DNA from: Balanoglossus misakiensis
Taxonomy: Eukaryota; Animalia; Hemichordata
Length of the DNA: 64,000 bases
Assembly: GCA_040954595.2 (NCBI GenBank)
Contig: CM082592.2
Coordinates: 6,807,677-6,871,676 of the forward strand
Reading direction: 5' to 3'
The notes under the pieces were generated by a model that worked only from the letters and a program-made list of their open reading frames with translations, was not told the origin of the DNA and did no database searches. The position numbers were made by a program, and so were the translations under genes. Shown in pieces: positions 20,101-33,000 of this stretch. How positions within the stretch are numbered: position 1 is the first letter of the stretch; each line of letters opens with the position of its first letter.

Positions 20101-22089
20101 ATGTCAGGTAAGCTGTACAGCTGTAAGATATATATTAACCAACATCAACAGGCACCACTATCTGATTGTATCTGGAGCACAGTTTTTAGTCATAATCAAT
20201 TTCATGGTAATACATGTATTTGGCTATACAACTTTAATTCACAGATATTCTGGAGTCAGTCTGTTTACCTGTTCCCCACATCATGCAACAAACACAGTGG
20301 GATTGTGGACTAGCGTGTTCTCAAATGGCACTGAAGTAAGTGTGATAACATACACATCTTCCAGTCACTCCGCAAAATGTTTGTGCAGTAATCATGAAGT
20401 ATTGTAAATCTTAACTGTCTAGACTTCAGACTGGGACTAAAATGAGATGTTTGATACAATTGCAAATCACACAATTCTATTATTTGATTTTTGCATGATA
20501 GGTACCACCTTGGCGACTCATTTTCAGTGGATAACTTCACGGCAGTTTGTAAGGAGCTCAACTTTGGTGAAAGGTATTGTAAAATATAGGCAATAATCAT
20601 TAAGCATAAAACCCTGCCAGAAGAGCCAAAGTAGAACTCTGGTTCACGAGAATGTAGTCATCAACTTATTAACGGGTTTAAAATATCAAGATGATTAGAA
20701 TCCTATATCTTGCAGTGTTTGGACAATTGATGTCGCACACATCGTGAGTAGACACGGGCTTAAGCACTTGCTGTGTACACAGACTCTGGGAGTTGATAGC
20801 GGCTATAAAAAGGAGGTAGGAATCTGTCTATATTAATGCACACATATAATCTGATTACTGGCAGGAAGACAATCCTTGTAGTATAAATAGTGTGGATGAA
20901 TTAGTATGTAAATGATGTTTCTCTCCAGATTTTGTGCAACTCTTGTCGACTTATTGAACTTTCAGGATTTTTATGAAGAAACCTTCAGTGAGGATGAAAA
21001 GAGGGTTAATGCATTGTTCAGAAATGCAGCAGATCTTGGCATACACACCCAGAAAAGGTACTTATAATACAAGAAAGTTCTCAAAACCGAGCCTTTAATT
21101 TTCCTGGCAGCTTTCAGGGTAGTTGACCTGGAGGTCAAAGGTGATGTTGTGTAGAGTTCATGTTCTACCACACACATGCTTCAGTCCACCAGCAATCTCG
21201 GCTTATCAGTTTCAAACAGTGAAACAACATTGCCTTCAGTAAGTTTTCAGGCACCATTTTATCTTATGTTATCTCCTCAGGTCGGTCAGTATTTCGGAGA
21301 TTCAAAGGCATCTCAGCCAAAAGCAAGTTGCTGTTGTTCTCACAAATTCTGAATTGTTGCGGTGCAAGTCATGTCCCGAGGAAGAAGTCGAACTTCTTCA
21401 CGAGGTGGGTGTGCCTTTAACAATTAGAATCCAGAAAAAGACCTGAAAATTAGACTTTTTCGAGTGTGATATATTCCCTACAGATAGTTATTTTAGTTAA
21501 CAAATGTGACTTTCTCCTTGACAGCAACCCAGTGGTAAACTCTCGGGACTTCTATCATTTACCTGTTGCCAATCCATTCCATATGCAGGTACGGTGTTTC
21601 ATTATGTCAAAGTGTTAAGTTGTGTTGTTGATATGTGCAACAATTTCGGATGGTACCGGTATATGTAATATTGACCCATTCGTAACTCGTATATCTCCAT
21701 GCCGTGAAATTCACAGGTCATTTCATTGTGGCATGTGGTTATGACAGAAATCAGGGATTGGTGTACTACAAAAATCCTTCATGTTACTCAGGTACGGACA
21801 CGCTTTACATACCAAAGACAAATCTTATAGAAAGACATATGACGATGTCTCAGATAGAAGACCAAGTTCCCATTGCAACATGCTGGCTTGAAACATTCAG
21901 AGCATCCTCACGCGACACTTGTGGGCATAAAATGTGATCCTTTCATCCACATTACATAGAGATTCATACAGTCTGTAACATATGAAACGCTTACTTCTTT
22001 CAGAACTGTGTTGCTGTACAGTGAAAGATTTCAACAGAGCCAGGAAGAGCTATGGCACCGATGAAGACATCTTGTTTATATACAGATGA
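20101..22089 (+). CDS. GUCD1: protein GUCD1 (C22orf13; Guanylate_cyc_2 / peptidase C39-like fold), multi-exon
   Basis: ATG TCA G|gtaag at 20101, then LPVPHIMQQTQWDCGLACSQMAL (20245-20335), SVWTIDVAH..LCTQTLGVDSGYK, FYEETFSEDEKRVNALF, GHFIVACGYDR..YYKNP, and terminal FNRARKSYGTDEDILFIYR* (TGA 22087-22089), all matching the GUCD1 family pattern. Confidence 0.92.
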
Positions 22090-23252
22090 CGTCCGCTTTT
22101 TGTACATAATAGCTGCATGCAGTGACAATCAAATTAAAACTAAGTTGATTTTATGGCAAATTCCTGCATGATGCCCTAGATAGAATCCAGGGCAGGCAAC
22201 ATTGACAACGTGCTTGTGCTGCTGTGTGAGGGCGCTCTGATCCCACATTTGCGATGTTGTCCTCCGTTGACCTGGCAACCGTAGAAACATTTCAAGGATT
22301 TGAAACAGGACGGTAGCTGTTATATGTAAAACAAAATTTATTTGTGCCATGCTTTTGAATCCGTTTATATAAAAGGTGCCCACTCAGAGCGAAACTCGTA
22401 AAATAAATATGTGATTGATTGTCCACTAGAAATATGTATCTGAAATGCAAAGGCATCTATCTATATTATTATATATACACTGTAATAGACAAGTTCATGA
22501 TATATTGATACAAGACAATTGATAGTACCATACCAAATTTAGTACAGACATAGTGCCTGTAAATACATAAATACAGAGGTAGTATAAGAAGTTCATTTCA
22601 GATGTCGAAGTCCCACTTCCTTTTTTGCTTGAGTCTGTAGTACGTATCAGAAAACATGTTTCAGCGTTTGTCACTTTATGTGGAAATGTGGACTTCAATT
22701 TGTCGCTGCAGGTTCTAGCAAAAATGCCATGAGAATATTTAAGTATATGTACTCTATGGGAATGGGGCCAAGGTTGGCCGTCAGAATTACCAATCAATGA
22801 TTATCTGAAAGTTTACTAAAGCTGTTTTCTTTTGTTATAATCATCATGCCATGAAGTTTATGGCATACTTTCTGTACATAATAAGGCTGATAGTGTTGTT
22901 TTGTGATAATAAAAGTTGTACGAAAAACTTTTTACCATCTACTCTCGAGTCGTAAGAGTCTTGAAAATTTTTGTTTGACCACCCTGTTCAGCATGTTGTA
23001 AAACCAATCATAATATAAAACACATTCCCTTCTGTAAATGGAAAGTAGGAATATAAGAAACACCAGATTGATATAAAATGCACTCAAATATCCCAAAAAT
23101 CTCAGTACTGAAAAATAAAAGTAGAATTTGGAGGTAACTGACACCTCCAGGATATCTCAGTTCAATCTTAAGTACCACAGTGATAAACTATGAAATTATT
23201 CATGTGAAACTATTGCACTTGGAGGCCGAGCCCGTTTTTCTTTTTCTTGACG

Positions 23253-26004
23253 TTAAAATCTGTTGTTGATGCCATTTGTTCGCTTTGCCCCACATTCGCC
23301 ACAAAATTTGGCCGAGGCTTTGGCAAACCCGACACCGCAGTAATGGCAGCTGCCGGAATAGCTTTTCCCTTTCTGGGACATGGACGGAAACCTGGGGGGA
23401 AAAGTAGCAGGATGGTGAAAATGGTACTCTGTCCACAAAACTCATTGAAACTGATGAAAAATTGGAAAGTTCAAGGATTTCAACAGTGCAGTTGTAGAGG
23501 TATAACACGAGCTATGGTCTTAATAATCCCTCTTGGAATTTCCAAGACTAAGGAACACCCTTGTGAGGTTTGTGCTCTTGTAAGAAAATGTTGACATTGA
23601 ACTCACCTTGAGTGGAATTCATCCTGTGAACCCATGTTTGACCGTGACTTTGACTGAGACCCTGTCAAAGCACAAAATTCAAAATTAGAATTCTGTGTAC
23701 AGTGTAGTGAGGTTATTGTGGAATTACACTGATCACAATAAACTATTTAAAAGAGTCGCTCATCATCTCTGTTCCTCTGCCAAACATCCAAGGTACAATA
23801 CTGCTGTGAATTACACAGCAGTTAAAATAGCACTACAGTGAGTTACTGGCAAACTATACCCAGCTGAACACTTTCACCTACCCCTTGGAGTTGGAAACGG
23901 AGAATCATTATTGACGTCACGACTGGATCGCCTGGAATGAGCCGATGCCTGCCTGAACTGTTCATGTTCAAAGTCGCCAAACATGTCATCGAACTGAGCG
24001 TGCCTGGGGTCACCCGCTCCCTGCTGATCACCACCCGACTTGTTCCACTGTTGACCTCTGACCCCAAAGCGGCCCCCCTTCGGAATGCCCGGGCAGAACG
24101 GCTGGTGCTTCTTGTATGAAGTGCTGTTGAAGTTCTCACCACAGTGCTCGCAAGCTACGAAACCTGTCAGACAGAAAGACACAGAGGCAATATGATGACA
24201 ACAGGTTTGTGATTAAATTGATAACAAACACACATTTGGTGGTCTGGAAGGTAGTAGAGTACTTGTAAACGTACACCAGACCAGATCCAGAAAAAATTTG
24301 ACCAAAAAGTACCTGGATCAGGTTGCGTGTAGGAATTCATTCCAGATCTTGCCATTCGCTTTGCCTGCCGGATGTTCCGTATTGTTTCATCATGACTGTC
24401 TCTCCAATTGGAAGTATCCTGGAATGTAAAAGTATGTAAATCAAATACTGGATAAAAATGTGACATTCTTATTGGCATAATCATTTGAACACTGGTTGTC
24501 AACTTGAGTTGGGGGAGGGATTACCCTTGGGTAAGTATTGGTGGATGGCAAGGGTGGAGTAACATTGGGTGGGTTGAGATTCTTACCTTTGGTACCGATG
24601 GGGATGAGGGTGGGGGACTTGGTGACCTATCAAAGGGGTTTCTGCCATCAGGCCATTGGTTCATCTCCTCTGGCGCACTCCCAAAGCCAAATGATCTTCT
24701 CGGCTTGGTGTGGAGTTTCTTGCAGACTTCTTCATGAGCTTTCTGTAAATATCACATCAGGATTATTTTCTTTTGATCTCAGAACACTGGGCATCTTATA
24801 TTCATTCTACCCTAAATGCTCAGCATTTCATCATGCTTTATGCAATAGAAGAAGTCGGATTATATTAATTATACAAAAAGCACCAATACTGAAAATGATC
24901 ACCACTCACCAAATCTTTAAGTTCAAAGTTCCTTCCACAGAAAGCACATCCAAATGGTGGGAATGGGTCATCTGTATTATCCGGAATAAAAAGGGAAAGA
25001 CAAAATCCTCAGTTTTCAATGTACTGGGGTAATTACTGTATTCATTCAATGTCATTTACACTGCCACTTCACACATTACTAGTACATGTCAACAATGACC
25101 ACACCCACCATTCAAAGTTCATAGACCTGGGTCTGAGATGCTTGTACACAGGTCTTGAACTGGTGCATTGATTTGGGGTTAACGGTAGATAATGCTAATA
25201 TTAACTAGTATAAACTAATTCACATACATGTCCATGAATGTTTTGCACAAAAAAACAGGAGCTCATCTACAACACCCACTTCCTTTACCCACCTGCAAAT
25301 TGAAAGCCATTCTGACTACTTTGTTGGCTTCTGGGGTCCGTTCCATCTCTCTTGCTCCAAGAAAATATATCCTCAAACGGATCCCGGGGGCGTGGACCAG
25401 TGAAGGCATCGTCGAATTCGTCAAATCGATACGGTTTGAAAAACTCCATGAAAGACTTAAAGGGGTCTTCATAATCGAAGGAAAACTTGAACGAAAAACT
25501 TGGTCGAGGGCCAGGCCCAGGAATGTCAAAGTCATCAGAGTCTAAAGGACCCTGCCATGATTTCTTCTCCTGTTTGGTATTCTTGTTTTTAGAGTTCGGA
25601 GTTTTTGCCTTAGAACCCGTTGCCTTGGTTCCCTTTTTAGATGACTCTTCTTTCGATTTATGACCATGTGTCTGATCATGTTGGGAATGTGATGACCACG
25701 ATGGTTGATAGAAAGATTCTCGTGGTGACGTTGAGCTTGGAGACGTTTTATTTGCCCTTTCTTTCTTGGCATTCTGTTTAATGATGTCAGCTGTCTCCTG
25801 TTGGAGGTCGTAAACCCTCCTCTTTTCGGGGTCTTTCAAAATCTCGTAGGCTGTGACTATTTCCTTGAATTTATCTTCCGCGCCGGATGACTTGTTCTTA
25901 TCCGGGTGATACTGTTTTGCAAGCTTGTGATACGCTTTCTTGATGTCGCCTCCGGAAACCTTGCTTTGAACACCAAGGGTTTCATATAAACAGTTGCGAC
26001 CCAT
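23253..26004 (-). CDS. J-domain (DnaJ/Hsp40) protein fused to ZC2HC1/FAM164-like C2HC zinc fingers and C-terminal double zinc ribbon
   Basis: Exon 26004-25293: [45 protein letters not shown] (J domain, HPD); downstream exons: [13 protein letters not shown]|[68 protein letters not shown]; canonical GT-AG sites. Confidence 0.8.
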
Positions 26005-26099
26005 CTTATTAGCGCCGCCACTGAACACCTAAGAGAAATTCATCACTAACCATTACTTCAAAACATGAAGGCCGCTGTTGATGGGTTGTAAACATCACA

Positions 26100-26180
26100 G
26101 GTCTTCATTTCCACGCACGTAGTCCGCCATCTTGGCTTCCCTTCCATTGCTATAGCGCCCCATAATGCATTTCGCCTGTG
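26100..26180 (-). promoter_or_regulatory. promoter of the J-domain/zinc gene
   Basis: YY1 consensus CCGCCATCTTGG (26124-26135) and ZNF143/SBS-like CCCATAATGCATT (~26159-26171) ~120-170 bp upstream of the ATG. Confidence 0.5.
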
Positions 26181-26691
26181 ATCATATATCCCATCCCGTG
26201 GAAAATAAAAACGGTTTCAGAAGATTATCGCGGCAAAAACTTATTTTATACACCAGCAACTATTGTAAAAGTAGGTTTCAAGCTTGGCATGCATGTGATA
26301 TTACAAAACAAGGTAGTTGGATATATATGTAAATAATTTACCGCGTGCAACGCAACGCGCATGTAAATAAAAAAAAACAAAAGGCGATTTCAATTTTGCC
26401 ACCAGGGCCGCACTATACTCAAAATTACTACATATTTTTATTGCGATCAGTTACATTTTATTTCACACTGAAAAATCAATTATAAAATTAAGTACATAGT
26501 TTATATATTCTAAACGTTATTACTATTCATATACATGTATATATATTTTTAAAGAGATTTTTTTCTTCCTGAGTAGTTCCCCCCAATTATTTTAATAAAT
26601 AGTATGGTATACCATCTTATTAATCATATACACTATTAGTAGAATCAATTCTTTGTTTACATATTTGTAGTAAAATAAAATCTTGAAACGT

Positions 26692-29450
26692 TCAGAACCT
26701 GGCAGTATCTCTCCCCCATATCATCGTCTTCAGCCAATCAACAGGTACTTGCATTCGTAGTCTCCAGCTTCCCAGACGAGTGAGGTAAGCAGATCGCCAC
26801 AGGAGCCAGGAATGAAATCCTTCAGTAAAGAAGCAAGAGAAAGTGCAGAGTGAGGAATACAGTACATGGAATCACAAGCTTAATTTATTTAAATAAAATA
26901 TTATTTAAAATATTCAATTTGGGGCTGTGTCATCAATAATGACAAGTTGTTCCACCATTTCTTGTGTAAACAGCTTACCAGACACTTGACCACAGAAACT
27001 AACACTACCAATATCGAAAGTTATCTTTGTGACTAACAACCAAGGATGGCCATTTTGAACTCACCCTGTGCCTTCAGCCCTGCCATATCCGTTAACGCTT
27101 GGTACTTGCCGATGTACGCCAGCATACCCATACTTTTGAACTCAAATGGCGAGACGTCACTGCACTGGAGGCTGTTTGCCAAGTATCTCCCCTGACGCTC
27201 TGCCACCTGCGTAGAATGGAAGAATCCAGCTGTGAAACATGATGTCAATGTGGGACTAATGTACCAAACACAAAATGTCCGATCCCTGTAAGACTGGACA
27301 CTTTAATCATGTTTTTGGTAGTTGAATTAGAAACTAAAGTTCCTACACAACACAACACAATAAAATAAAACAAAACAATACTCATAAATTAACATTACCT
27401 GTGCAGTGCAAGGCAAGGAATTATTTTCAATGTCCGCACAGTCACCCAATGCATAGACACAACCATGTGGGTCCCCTTTGACCCGGAGATAACTGTCTGT
27501 TATAAGCTGGCCTTGCTTGTTCTTGGGCAGATCTAAACTTTTAGTGAAAGCTCTGTGGAAAAGAATGAGACAGCAGGTAGATTAGTGCTGTGTTGTGCTG
27601 AAACACATCAATAAGTTTTTTCACTTCATCTTCATTTTTTTCCAAGACTGCTTTTCTCTCAAAATGAGTTTTAAACATTTTTCAACACGCTTATTTCTAT
27701 GATCGAAAGAAACGTCTTCAGATTACCTAGGTGCAAGTCCAGTCGACCAGACCACAAGACCCGCTGGTAAAATTGTGCCGTCTATTAATTTCACGCCATC
27801 AGGATATACTTCTGCAATAAAGGTAAAATACTGAGCATAGTTGGATATTAATATGCCACATTGACAGTATGTATAGCCATATACCTGGTATTAAGCTGAT
27901 GGTATCAAAAGTAGCGATGGTAAAGTTCAAGGTAATCATCATTGGATTGTGTGATTTTTAGAGTCTCATATTTAAATTTACGGTCTCAAATTATTTACCT
28001 GTGACAACAGACTGTAGAAGTGTCATTTTGTCTCGCTGTCGGATTTTCTTCTCTGCATACTGCTGAAGTCTCTTGTCAAAACTTGGCAGGATTTTGTTGC
28101 CTTCAACCAGAGTCACACTGATGTAGTCAATCTCTGCCTTGTAAATTCTTGCCACATCCTGAGTGCAACACACACAAATAATATCAATGGGGGCTCACTG
28201 CCATTTTGCATTAATATATGCACTGTACTTGGTTCTGCCCTGAAAGTATCATAAGAAATGTTACCTCTTTGACGAAATCATACAGTTCAGCGCCAAACTC
28301 CACTCCAGTGGGGCCGCCACCAACTATGACTATGCTCAACAACTGCTGACGTTTCTTATTGCTCAAACCCGGCTGGATGGCCAACTCAAAGTTGTCCAGA
28401 ATACGATTGCGAATCTGACGAGCGTCATTCAGTTCCTGAAATACAAAAAAGATACTGTGGTTAACATTAATATAAGATCCAAGAAAAATGTATCTTTCTC
28501 GGGTTTACCATTAGTGACATCATTTGTGACCACGCTAACTTTATTTATTTAGAATCAAGAGGCTAGAAACCTACTTACAGGTCTGACAATAAAAGCCACA
28601 CGTCACTCACCTTCAAGAAAAACGCATACTCTTCCACTCCAGGAACACCAAATGTGTTTGGCAGGGCACCGACCCCAATCACTAGTTTGTCATAGGGTAT
28701 ATCATAGACGTTGTCAGGAGCTATCACACTTTGACATTTCAGAATCTAAGAAAAAATATTGGATAAATCTTAGTCTAATAAAGAGGCTAATGATGAGAAA
28801 CAGGAACAGTCAATCTGTTTATTTTCTGAACACAAGGTTAATCTTGACTACACTAACCTTCTTATTGACATCTAATCCAACAGCATGGGATGCATGGAAA
28901 TGATCTGTTTTCCGGAATCCAGTGTTGCGGACTGGTTCAATGATACTCCTAAATTATCAGGAAATAAACATGAAAAAGTGAAATACATGAACTGTAAGTA
29001 ACATTACATCTGTTGATTTGAAACTTATTTGAAAATTTGACACATAACCAGCTCAAGCCAGAGGCATGTTAGTAATAGAGATGGCACAATGTTATGTAAT
29101 GAATCAACATTAGTCACTTGGCAACTACTCAACATTTGCAATCAATGGCTTGGTATGCACACACACTTTTTAAATACCCTACAAATAGACCAACCAACCA
29201 ACCATCCTTACCTGAATTCAAGAGTCCCAACAGTGGTGCTTGCCAACAGAGGGGTAAACAAGAAATGGTTTCTAGGACTGACAACAAACACGTCATAAAG
29301 CGTCTTGTTGATGGTCTTCAGAACACTATAGCTGCCCCACCCACTTCCAAGGATGATCAACCGCTGTCGACTTTGATCGCACAGATAGCGGATGCTCACT
29401 TGGAATCCTGTAGATGCACCTGGTACAAGTATACGTTTCAGGACATTCAT
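26692..29450 (-). CDS. type II (alternative, rotenone-insensitive) NADH:quinone oxidoreductase NDH-2/NDX, multi-exon
   Basis: [37 protein letters not shown] (FAD-binding), [17 protein letters not shown] (NAD-binding), [57 protein letters not shown] (stop 26692); ~10 GT-AG introns; probable non-coding first exon ending ~29623. Confidence 0.93.
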
Positions 29451-29859
29451 TGTCGTTTAGCACCTGTGAAAGAATCATGTCCAATCAAAAGAGGCATATG
29501 TTATTGACAGCTAACCCATTGTTTCCCAATTAACACCAACAGACAGTTCCGTGCAAATGAATTAATTTTAAGTACTAAGTAAAGTACATGTATAAAAGTA
29601 AAGTAGTCCCAAACTTACATACCTGCACACACGTTCGGTCCTGTACTGCACTTGTACAATTTCAACACAGCTGATGATGAACCGTTCCCTTGCTTGGCTG
29701 AGTGGACCGATTAAAACGAGACTTTTCTTCGATTCGTGTGCATCCTAGTGCACAGAAACACGACTGCTCTTGGGAACACTTTTCTACTTTAATATTCAAA
29801 GCATTGTTTCAGTAAACGCAACATTGCAACAGCATTGATATTGTATATTGCGGGCTTTA

Positions 29860-30006
29860 ACTGTTGACCTTTGACCGCACTCATGACTGATGACGTCAGA
29901 TATTTGGGCGCCATATTTTCATGACGTTCAACACACTGTGGGCAAGTTGTCCTCAAAACACTTTTTACCGGGAAATTTGTTTGTTTACATCAGCGAGACT
30001 TAGAGG
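29860..30006. promoter_or_regulatory. probable bidirectional promoter NDH-2 / zinc-finger gene
   Basis: Full palindromic CRE TGACGTCA (29891-29898) and YY1-like GCGCCATATTT (~29908-29918) between divergent genes. Confidence 0.5.
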
Positions 30007-33000
30007 ATGAACACCTTTGTGGTAAGTTAATGTTATTTTGTTTCAATTTTAATCGAAACCTAAGACAAGATTTGCTGTTTATATGCTGCTGCATAATTAA
30101 CCCCTTTGAAAAGGGAGAAACTGACAGCGAATATTGCTGCAGTTGTATTATTTTGCAAAGATTTGTAAAGTATGGAAAATGATAGTGCTACCTGAATAAT
30201 ATGCCATCACTGCACAACCATTCACGCCATTGTATTTACGTGCCCGTTTTGTGATGACTGTCAGGTCTGCATGCAGCTGTGTCTATTGTCGTTATGAGGA
30301 ACTAGACAGCTGGGGAAGCCACTCTTTCACAGATTGGTCTGTGGGGGCGCTGTTGTTACCAGAGCTTTGTTCAAACTCGGTAACAGACAAGCATTGTATA
30401 AAATGTGATGATATCTTATTGAAAAGTTTTGGAAACTGGTATAAAGAGTTTGGATAAACTTGCAAGAGCATTTTTCCAAAACCTTGTTGATAAATATATT
30501 GTAAATTCCACTACAAGTGAATTCCACTTCTCATTTCTTTGTCACTTTTATGCATCTTTTGACTCTAATAAAATATTTGGAACTTCTGCATAACTTGATT
30601 ACTCGTAAGGTATGGTCTTTAATGACCTTTACTAGAATGTCAATGCATTATGTCTAGTACCAATATGTACAATGTCACGACTTTTCAATTCAGGCACATC
30701 CCAGTGTTCGCATGAAAGGATCGGAGAACAGCTGGAACCCCAGGCAATGCAGAGATTCCAGTTGTCCACAGAACGCCAAGGGTGCTCACATGCACTGCCC
30801 ATTCTGTGTGAAGACAGACGCCTTCCACGATCCGGTGATTCTACGAGCTCACTTCAGAGTTAAACACGTCGACAAGGGACTCGACTTTGCAGGCATGTTT
30901 CCAAATACTTGTCATTTTTTTGCAAACATGAAATTTACAAAAAAATAAAGTTAGGGAAATGTCTCCTGCGTGTAACAGACGCACAAACAAATAACTGACT
31001 GTCATCAAATTTGATCGCTGAAATTTTAATGTGACACTTGCCATTGCCAACCCATCTCAGCTAATCATCGCCAATGATATCAGTGATTTTGCAGTCTTCT
31101 TTCGCTTAAAAGGCTTCTTTGGATCATTGAAGGTTCATCTTAAATGTCATTTCGATATTAATGTGAAGAGTCTCGATTTATACACAATTAAATTCAGTGC
31201 ACATGAAAATATGAAAATCACAAAATGGTAGATCGGAAAATAAAAATAAAGTATGCTTTTTTTGACAGGTTTGAAGGTGCTGAGGTGCTGTGAGCAGTGC
31301 GAGATCATCGGCGCCATCAAAGGGGAGAAGAAATTCAAGGGCGCTCACTGGCACTGCTACAAATGCCGCAACGGTTTCAACCGACGAGACGAAGCGATGA
31401 AGCACTACAAGACCCACTTCAGAAACCCACACACGACGTTCCAGATCCAGATTGCGCAGGTTGGTGTAATTGGACACAATTACTTTTTTTTGCTCATTGT
31501 GATTGACTTCAGGATGGCAATATTTGTTGTGTTGTATCTCGAAGATTTCGTACTGTATTGAAAGTCAAGGGACTGACTTAACATGTTGAATCTGGAAAAC
31601 TTCCGAAAGATGTCAGGGGTAGGAAGTTTTTTCATGTCGTCTTGCTAGCCAAAACATCTTGCACTGTAGTCTTCTCCTGGGGAGTCTTCACAGTGCTCTC
31701 TCCCAGGAATGTCATATATGGGTATATATATATAATTCAGTCGAAATATTTTTTTTTCTTTATGAGCAAGGAATTAGATAATCGATGATCTGTTTGCCGG
31801 GTGTAAATAAATAAATCCCATCATTTATTGATGCTTCAGCATTTCGTGCCAGCGTGTACTATTTATCCCATTATCCCGCAAGCATATTTGAGATAGCTGG
31901 TTCCGAAGACGGAAGCTTATTTTCAGTATTTAGCCAGGGTAACATTTGAAAATATCTGTCAAATATTAAACGAACACAGTCACCTGTGTTTTAGCTTAGC
32001 AACAGATACCATGGTTATTTATGTGAATTAAATTTGCATACGTTAATATGCACTATACTTTACTGAAGCATTTAATATTCTAGTTTGAAGCTTGGCCCTC
32101 AGAGTTTTATATGATGTACCGTGATTTGTGGTTTATACTAAACTTTATAGGGCCCGGATTTCTTATTATGCCTCTGGGACTGTATTACAAATGGACACCA
32201 CTGTAAAAATACATCAGAACTGTGAGAGCATGATGTGCGAAATAACTGCCTGCCTGTGAGGGCGCTTTTGTCCATAACGTCATGACAACAGAGCATGAGA
32301 AGCATTTACACTTTTGTATCCGACAGAGTGCAAGTAGCGCTTTTAATAGAATCATTTATCGAGCATGTTTATGTAAACATGCAGAACATGATAATTATCT
32401 TCTCAGAGCTTGTAGTTTTGGGAAACCAAATCTTGCAAATAATTCACTTCTCAGACCCAGAAAGCAAACCTGTGTAGGCCACTTACACACCAGATACTCC
32501 CAATACCAATCACGCATGACACGAGTAAAACAATTATTCTCTCTCTTTCCGCCACAGGATATTGGGAATCCGGAAGCTTGGGACACCACGGCTACCGACA
32601 TGCTTTCCCAGTCGGCCAGCATCTCCGTGTCGTCGTCGGGCCTCACGGAAGAGATCACCATCCATCCGGTGTTGACGGAGGCGGTGATGACGACGGCAAC
32701 CAGTGCCGGCAGTGACAGCGATGTCAGTCTCTCCAAAGAGTCAGAGAACAACGCTACCATCGCCGCCAACGGATTGGCAGTGGCTGCAACAGAGACCGTC
32801 AATTCAGGTGAGACTGTACAGTCAGAATTTGCAAACATGCAAAAATAATAAGAGTACAGTGTTTCATACTTAAAAAAATAAAACCGTATGTTTATCAGGC
32901 AGGCATCAAAACTGCAAATTGTTTCTTTACCCAAACCTTGCACTGAAGTGTGTGACATTTTTATTCGTCATGGCAAATGCAAAAATTTTACGGCATACAA

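Noticed and set aside
26692-29450. Bacterial or fungal contamination as source of the NDH-2 gene
   Set aside because: Many host-like GT-AG introns and contiguity with animal-type genes
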